A stretch of DNA of 57,584 nucleotides, filler included, from Sphacelaria rigidula (taxonomy: Eukaryota), in the NCBI GenBank assembly GCA_964200075.2. It is 7 parts of 7 records of this genome, joined end to end, with 100 filler letters (N's around TTAATTAATTAA, not from the genome) between each part and the next. Parts side by side here need not be neighbours in the genome. Positions count along the whole stretch, not along the records: positions 49,445 to 57,584 come from CAXNAA020012148.1; 6 more parts are not named here. One strand, given 5' to 3'. The notes beneath the pieces were generated by a model. The model was not told the DNA's origin. It did not search any database and worked only from the letters and a program-made list of their open reading frames with translations. The position numbers were made by a program, and so were the translations under genes. Below, one piece after another: positions 50,594 to 57,584 of the stretch (its first letter is position 1; every line of letters begins with the position of its first letter).

Positions 50594-53500
50594 GAGCTGG
50601 TAGAGCGTCGTGTTGCACTAGATTATGCAGTACAGGAGGCTGCGGACAAGGGGATGTCGGCGAGCGGCGTTGGTAAGCTTCGGGAGGTTGTTGGGTGACG
50701 TGTCAACGCTTTTCGGCGAGCACTGCGCGGTGATCCGCCTGCTCGGGTAGAGCCATTGAAGGTGAGATTCAAACCTGGGGCTAGAGCAGTCATGGCGAGC
50801 TCGCGGGTGTATTTCCCTGTAAAGGCCGCGTGGTGGCGCTTGGGCTCGTATTCCGCAGCTTACAGGCAGTGTTGGCGGGTGCGGCCATGGCGACGCCAAA
50901 GAAGGGCGGTTCTTGACTGGTGAGTGATTATTGTGCGGTAAACAAGCAGATCGAGAAGGTTCCGAATGTTATGCCTAACCACGAGGCGGAGATTATCGAC
51001 CTGCTAGGCGCTGCGTGTTTTGGCAAGATTGATATGCTGCAGGATTACTGGCAGATGCCGTTGGCGGCTGATGCACACGAAATATTCACCATCGCGACTC
51101 CCAAAGATCTGTTTCCCCCCACACGGGTGCCGCGAGGGGTGCTCAATGCAATAGGGTATTTTCAAGGCATCATGACAGAATTATTGACCGGACTTCAGTG
51201 CAAAGTATGGGTGGATAATATCTTGTGGTGAGGTAAAGATGAGGATGATCCGTTGTGTACACTGGACGAGATATTGGGCCGTTTGGAGGATGCTGGTCTT
51301 TTTGCGGCTACGCACAAGTGCATGTTCTACGACACACAGATCACGTGGTACGAGAAAGTCTTTTCAGGTGGTCAAGTGGCTCATGACCGCGAGAGACTGA
51401 GCGGGCTGGCCAATCTTAGAGACCCGCGCACAGCAGGCGAGCTTATGCAGTTCCTGCAGGCGGTAAACTGGCCGAGAACATCCCTGCCGCGTCTTGCGGA
51501 GGTGGTGGAGCCGCTGCGGGTATTACTGGAGAAGTACATGCAGGGAAACGCGCGCCGTACCAAGCGAGTGGCGTCAAACCGGACAATCGAAGAGTCGGCA
51601 TGGACGTCCAGGCCTGAGCACGCGTGGCACGAGGCGCAAGATTTGGTGGCGCATGCTGTCGCTTTGTTCTATCCCAAGCAGGGGTATGAGGTGCTCATGT
51701 TTCCAGACGCATCGGATCTACACTGGGGAAGTTTTCTTACGTAGGTGCGGAGGGATAAGTTGGGTGGTACATTGGCGGTGGAAGACATGAGCCATGAGCC
51801 GATGGGGTTTCTTAGCGGAACTTTTCGTGGAGCGCAGGTTCGGTGGGCTACGGTGGACAAGGAAGACTATGCGATCGTAGGTATTTTCCGTAGGTTGGAG
51901 TATCTTCTATGGGTTGGGGTACATATCTTCACCGATCATCGTGATCTACAATACATTTCTAACCCCGAGGCGTGCGTTGGATCCGTGTCTAAGTCTGCTG
52001 CCCAGAGGCTCGAGCAATGGAAGGCTGTGCTGGGGTAGTACGATTACTCCATCAGGCACATTGCTGGTGAGCGCAACTGCTGGCGAGATTTATTGTCAAG
52101 GTAGGTAAACGTTCCGGCGGTGTCTGTGCGCGCTGCGGCCGTGTTCCCGAGCGGTCAGTCAGATGAAACGCTGCCGTCGAAGAACGCTATTCGTAAGGCC
52201 CAAGAGCAGGCTCAAGCCAGGTTCGGAATGATGATTGCTGGAGCCCCCGGTTTTGCAGCAGCTGTTGGGCGAGTTTCGAAAGACGGTGAGGGTTTATTGC
52301 GCGTGCATATAGCAGGGCGGAATGTGTTGTGGATCCCGCCGCAAGCTAAAAAGCTGCAAGCACGCTTGATGGTGTGTGCTCACATGAAGGAGGCGGGTCA
52401 TCGGGGTATTGTGGCGACTCTGCAGCGGCTGCAAGAGTATTTCTGTTGGTTCCGGATGGAAGCTCATGTGACAGGTTTTGTGAGGAAATGCTTGCATTGT
52501 TTGGACTCGAAAGCGGGTGAGACGGTCCCGCGGCCACTAGGGGAGACGGCGCATGGCACACGGCCCGGTGAGGTGATACAGTTTGATCATCTGTACGTTG
52601 GCAAAAGTTGTCCGCTGGGCGAGAGCGGCCTGGATGAAGGCAACGGGTACAAGTACATATTTGTGATGATGGATGATCTATGCAATTTCGTGTGGTTGAA
52701 GCCCACCGAGTCTTTTACAGCTACAGCGACGGTGCAGCATCTGTTGGCGTGGTGCAAGGTGTTGGGTCCGCCGGAGGTCTGGGTTAGTGACACCGCGTCG
52801 CATTTCAAGAACCGTGTGATGCGAGCACTGGAGAAGGCGCTGCAGCTGGACAGGACGTTCGCGGTTCCCAACTCGCCGTGGTCAAATGGTCCGTGTGAAA
52901 GGATGATGCGAGAGGTTGTCCGTACTTTGAATTTGAAGGCCATACTGCAAGAAGAGAGGCGCGACGTTCGTGACTGGGTGGGACTGGTGCCTGCTGTACA
53001 GTGGGCATTGAACACGGCATTCCGCGAGCGCTACGCCAGTACGCGATACCATGTAATGTTTGGACGGGCGCAGCGCACAAGTTTTTCAACCCTGGCATCG
53101 TCGACCGTTGGCCAGTGGCGACTTGATGGGCTGGATGAGGATATGCTGCGGGAGAAGGTGGCATCAGTCGTGGAGGCGCAGCAAGAGCTGCACAAGGAGG
53201 TGGCGCAGCGTGTTGAGAAGACTCGTGAACTGCAACGACATGTTGCTAGTAGGGAACAGTTGCCAAATTTCATGGAGGATGACTATGTCTTGGCTGCGCG
53301 GGTTAGACGCTCAGGAACAACGCCGAAACTCGTAAGTACGTGGGCAGGGCCTTGGAAGATCGTGGCAGCGGAGCAAAAACATGTCTACGAGATTCAGGAT
53401 ATTGTGAATGACGAGGTAAAGGACGCGCATGTCGCCCGTGTCCGGTACTATGAGGACAACGAACTGGAGGTCACCGCGGATGTGAAGCATGTGTTCCAGC

Positions 53501-53736
53501 ATGCATATCTCAAGGAGAGTTCGAGATGGATGCCATCGCTGGGATATCTGAGGCTCAAGAAGGAGGTGGCTACGATATACGTGTGAAATGGGTACATTTT
53601 GACGAGGACGAAAGTTCATGGGAGCCGTTGGATTTGGAGAGGAGCGCTGCAGTTTGTACGATCTGAACTGCGAAAGTTGAGACTGAATAAGAAGGTACGG
53701 GAGCGTCTGAAGACCAAGTATGGTATCAAGCTGTGA
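50594..53736 (+). mobile_element. Degenerate Ty3/Gypsy (chromovirus-type) pol: RT, RNase H, integrase, chromodomain
   Basis: RT: LVSDYCAVN, KIDMLQDYWQMPL, TRVPRG, WVDN. RNase H: FPDASD, DKE, FTDH. Integrase: HMKEAGH..CLHC, QFDHL, SDTASHF, NGPCER. Frameshifted chromodomain: VKWVHFDEDESSWEPL. Several in-frame stops; gag and protease are missing. Confidence 0.95.
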
Positions 53737-53911
53737 CTGGTTGTCTGGGTACTTCGTGGATGGATTGTATCATACGATTGGTGTCCGTCGAGTATACCGC
53801 TTGGTTATCGTTTGCATGATTGTTCTTTGTTGACATCCCAGATTTATTGTCGGTGTCTACTGATGATCAAGCTCGTTTTCTACCTTCAAGTAAAACGTAG
53901 CTTGGGGGTGC

Positions 53912-54475
53912 TGTAGAGAAAGTACAGTAGCACCTCTAGCATGAGGAGTACGGTAGCATATGGATGTCAGTTTGGATCGTGTGACAACGGTTTGGAGGAT
54001 GATTATTCAACGCGCAGCATTTTGTGTTCGTGAGGGGAGCAAATAAGGGTCACTTCTGGTTTACGAAAAACTGCTGTTTGTATGGCTGCTTGAGTCTTGA
54101 AGTCTCTGGAGCCCGTGACAGGGAGGAAGCCTCTGGAGAAGCACTGCAACCTTGTTCTGATTCCAGGGAAGGTTCACATCCCGTTTACAAGGACGGTCGC
54201 CACATGTAATTTTCTGCTTCATGTTTCTATCATTTCGCTTCGCTGGTGCCAAGCGTACCCCGGGTTTTGTACTCGTTTTGGTTGTGGATTTGCGTCCATA
54301 TCCCGGGTATTTCGCAATGGGTGTTCCACTGTTCCTGACCCTCGAGTCTAGAACACTTGGTCTGAGTTTCTCCGGGTCCTGCACACGTGCGACCGACCTC
54401 GTTTACAAGAAAAAGAAAGACCCCGTGTAATGCGACGCAACGGATGATTTTTACTCGAGTGATTGCTTAGATACA
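53912..54475 (+). mobile_element. 3' LTR of the Gypsy element
   Basis: Follows a G-rich PPT-like agcttgggggtgc ~175 nt after the pol stop. Starts TGTA; the candidate end is TACA at 54472-54475. Confidence 0.6.
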
Positions 54476-54689
54476 ACGAGGTCACCACTGACCGCGTGGT
54501 ACGTAACGATGTTGGAGAACTGTCATTGAACTCGTCGTATTATTGGTTGCAAACGTCTCCTCATACAGGATCATTGCGTATCATGATAGGATAGACTCCT
54601 ATGTCGATATTCGACCATTGGTACAGCCTACAGGCTCAGAGTCCGCCACTCGCTATTTTCTCGTCACTGGTTACACCAGTTTTTTTGCG

Positions 54690-54949
54690 TACAGTTACCC
54701 GCCCATGAAAGATAGCCCCCCCACACAAAAAGTGCACCGGCACCATTCAACGAACCGGCTGAGATCCCACTATTAGGCTCGTTTGCAGCAATTTCGCCGA
54801 CATGAGAGGCGTGTAGCAGTCCGAAATCAGTTATAACGCCCAAATCAGTCGCGCCGTGCAGCACGAAACCAGCTTTAACGGCAGTTATGATAATCGCCTC
54901 CGTGCACGTTTTTGGCCGGTTTGGGGGGGGGGCTATCTCGGCAGCGGTC
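54690..54949. mobile_element. MITE family D, copy 2
   Basis: gatagccccccc ... ggggggctatctcggca. Interior is collinear with 27307-27542. Confidence 0.75.
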
Positions 54950-55998
54950 AAATTGGTCGGTGGTGTTTTGTTTTTATCAGGGATCATTGGATGAAGTAAC
55001 GTGACGGTTCGACCGGCTGCGGTTTTTACTCCAATTTTTGTTCGAGTCAGTCTCGTTTTAGTCCGAACGAACAAATACCGTAAGGGGTGTGTCGTGTATT
55101 TGCCGTGGCTCAGAAATGTGTTGGGCAATCTCGGAACTACGTAGTGGCTCCGATGGTTGTGTATTGATTCAATCACGTTTCTTTTGACGTGTACGGATAC
55201 CCAACCTCACAAACCGGCCGGTTGTTTTCGTATCTCGTTGTGTGAGAAAAAATAAGAAAAAAAAGTGCTGTAAGACTGGATCATCACCCAGACCTCCATA
55301 GCAGGACCTTGCCCCCGAAAACATGTACCGACAGTTAACTCATGTCGACCGGGTTGATTTGTTCGCATCATGCATATATATATTTTTTTTCAACGTATGG
55401 TTTTCGCGGGAAACCATTTTTTTCGCGACGAAGTCGGCTGTGCGTTGTTAGCTTTGCTGATCGACTGGGACGAGAGATCAACATCAAATTGGTTATCGGT
55501 GTGATAAATGACTTGGCGGGCTTGCTTGTTTTTCTACCAATGAACTGAAAGAAATCGGACATCCGGAAAAAAGTGAACTATTATCTTCGTGGTATAGTTA
55601 TGGCAGGGTATGATGATCGTTTCAATGATGGGCCTCTGATTTCCTGTGACTATCCCGGAAATGCTCACGGCTTTTTGAGGACTCTGCATTCTGACGGAAA
55701 ATGAGACTGCGGGGCTTACTCGCGTCAACGCGTCGTATGATATTGTATTTGTATGCGGGCATTGTGTGGATCGCCGGTACTGCTCACGATAGTTTGGTCT
55801 GATATGGAGCGTAGCAGTAGTCGGGTTGCTCCCACTCTCCTTGGTTGACCGTTCAACACGGTGGGTTTTTTGGATCGTCTTGCCCGCAAGCGGCACCTTG
55901 AACACTATCTTCTGGAGAATCAGCGTCATCAGCAGGCGAGATATGCACGACGGTGCCCCGATCCGTGGAGGGACGCTTCCGTACGATAGTCTTCGACG

Positions 55999-55999
<1 letters not shown>

Positions 56000-56034
<35 letters not shown>

Positions 56035-56066
56035 CCATCCTTGTCATCATCATTAACAACAACAAC
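56000..56066 (+). repeat. (CAA)n microsatellite, probable retroposon tail
   Basis: About 11 pure CAA units followed by degenerate units. Confidence 0.7.
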
Positions 56067-56169
56067 TACGACTATATTGCTGCTGCTGCTGCTGCTACAG
56101 GGATCGAGTCGGCGTGCTGAGGTGGGAACAAGTCCTCGATTTTGGTTGCGGCATTTATTCCGATCTGCA

Positions 56170-57117
56170 GGATTTTCAGCGTATTCGCATGATATCGGTA
56201 ATACTTGGTGGGTACGATCTGGAGCGGTGGCAGACTGACTCCAAGGTGCTGGAAAGAATCAAACATGAACTAATGGGACGTTTTTTTATGACCATGGGAG
56301 ATGTATCGTTAGTGCTGGGAATGGAGGTTGTTCGTGACCGTAATAGCAAGATAGTCAACACCAGCCACACAAAGTACAACAAATCTCTCCAGAAACGATA
56401 CGGGATGGCAAACTGCAACCCGGCGGGACAAGAACTGTCACTGGGCCAGCCGAGGGACAAAATACTAAACGAGGAGGACAAACAACGCTTCCAGGCCATC
56501 GCCCGCTGCGACATTGGATACGGCGTGAATCAACTAGCGGGCGATGTCCAAACCGTCGAAGGCGCATGTGGCAGCTGCAGAACACTTAATACGATATTTG
56601 GCCGGCACTACGGATCATGACATCACCTACAATCAGGGTGCTTTCCAATTGACGGCATTCTCATGAGCGATAGGGCAACAACCCCAACAACGGAATATCA
56701 ACATCATCACATCTTCTCTTTCGCTCAAATGGCCTCATCATTTTCAAGGTAAGACTGCAAGGATTGACGGTGCAATCGACCATAGAAGCAGCATTCGTGG
56801 CCGCTGCACTCACCATGAAGGAGACCATATTTTGCTCGAACATGATGCGGGAGATGGAATTTGGCACACGCTTCGACTCCGTCCCCGTCTACATCAGCAA
56901 CACTTTAACTCTCCACGTCGCAGGCAACCGAACCTACAGCTTGAGAGTCCAGCACGTAGCTCTACGGTACTTCTTTATTCACGAATTAGTCAAGGAGGGA
57001 AGGATCGACATCCGTCACGTTAAGACTGAAGACCAACTCGCCGACGTAGTAACCAAGCACCTCAGCAAGCACAGGCACTGCCATCTCGTCAAGATGATCA
57101 ACAAATCCAAAATCTGA
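56170..57117 (+). mobile_element. Degenerate Ty1/Copia RT C-terminus and RNase H
   Basis: YSHDI (degenerate YVDD), LMGRFFMTMGDVSLVLGMEV, YGMANCNP, QSTIEAAFVA, HVALRYFFIHELV, HVKTEDQLADVVTK. Frameshifts and deletions are present. Confidence 0.92.
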
Positions 57118-57584
57118 CTTCCGTCTGGCTGTGGGATGTAGACCTAGCCACCATTGTTACCTAAGGCCAGGGGCATTGTAGGTGGAGTTGCGGGTCTGAT
57201 TGCCGGACTCTGTGATGGTGACCTCCATGGCGAGTAGGCTTGGTTTTTTCACTCTGGTGGAGAGAGGCTATATGGTCCTGTTCTCCTGTACTATGCTGAG
57301 GGTTAATACATAAATAACTACAGCTGCTGAAGTCCATGCCCACATGGCAATCTGATCTTGAGTGACAGAGGTCTAAAATGAACGTTCATGAGGTCCGCTG
57401 AGGCGGTAGTTTCGCTGAAAAGCAGCTGACATTTCAAGATAGGGAAGCCTGCAGGCCTGATCAGTTTGCAGCAAACGAGACCAGCTCAAGGCGTGTTAAC
57501 GTCGCGAGGAGTTGGAGAAGTAGAGCCGAGGAGGTTCTGAGGCAGTGCTAGGGTGGGCTGTGGTATCGCTCGTGCGAGAGGTGC

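Noticed and set aside
47012..57584. Gypsy and Copia lying inside the first intron of the protease gene
   Set aside because: An artificial spacer at 49345-49444 separates them, so linkage cannot be assumed.

Overview
Eukaryotic, repeat-rich DNA, most consistent with a brown alga or related stramenopile. This is an inference from (CAA)n-tailed retroposons, TTAGGG tracts, spliced genes with GT-AG introns and the chromovirus/Copia content. The window is not one locus. It consists of seven near-equal pieces (8141, 8141, 8141, 8141, 8140, 8140 and 8140 nt) joined by identical 100-nt N/TTAATTAATTAA spacers, so adjacency across spacers means nothing. One clear host coding exon is present: the first exon of an Nma111/DEG7-type trypsin-like serine protease (46723-47011). 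The rest is mostly transposon debris: an intron-containing, degenerate Sola2-like DDD transposase; a chromodomain Ty3/Gypsy pol with its 3' LTR; a Ty1/Copia RT-RNaseH fragment; a possible KDZ/Zisupton transposase exon; a probable non-autonomous Helitron; several MITE families, one carrying telomeric repeats; SINE-like elements; a 1.8-kb foldback; and several minisatellites. I found no intact novel multi-gene system. The most unusual items are the foldback, the spliced Sola2-like and KDZ-like transposases, the telomere-repeat MITE and a decayed spliced KOW/HNH-like gene.
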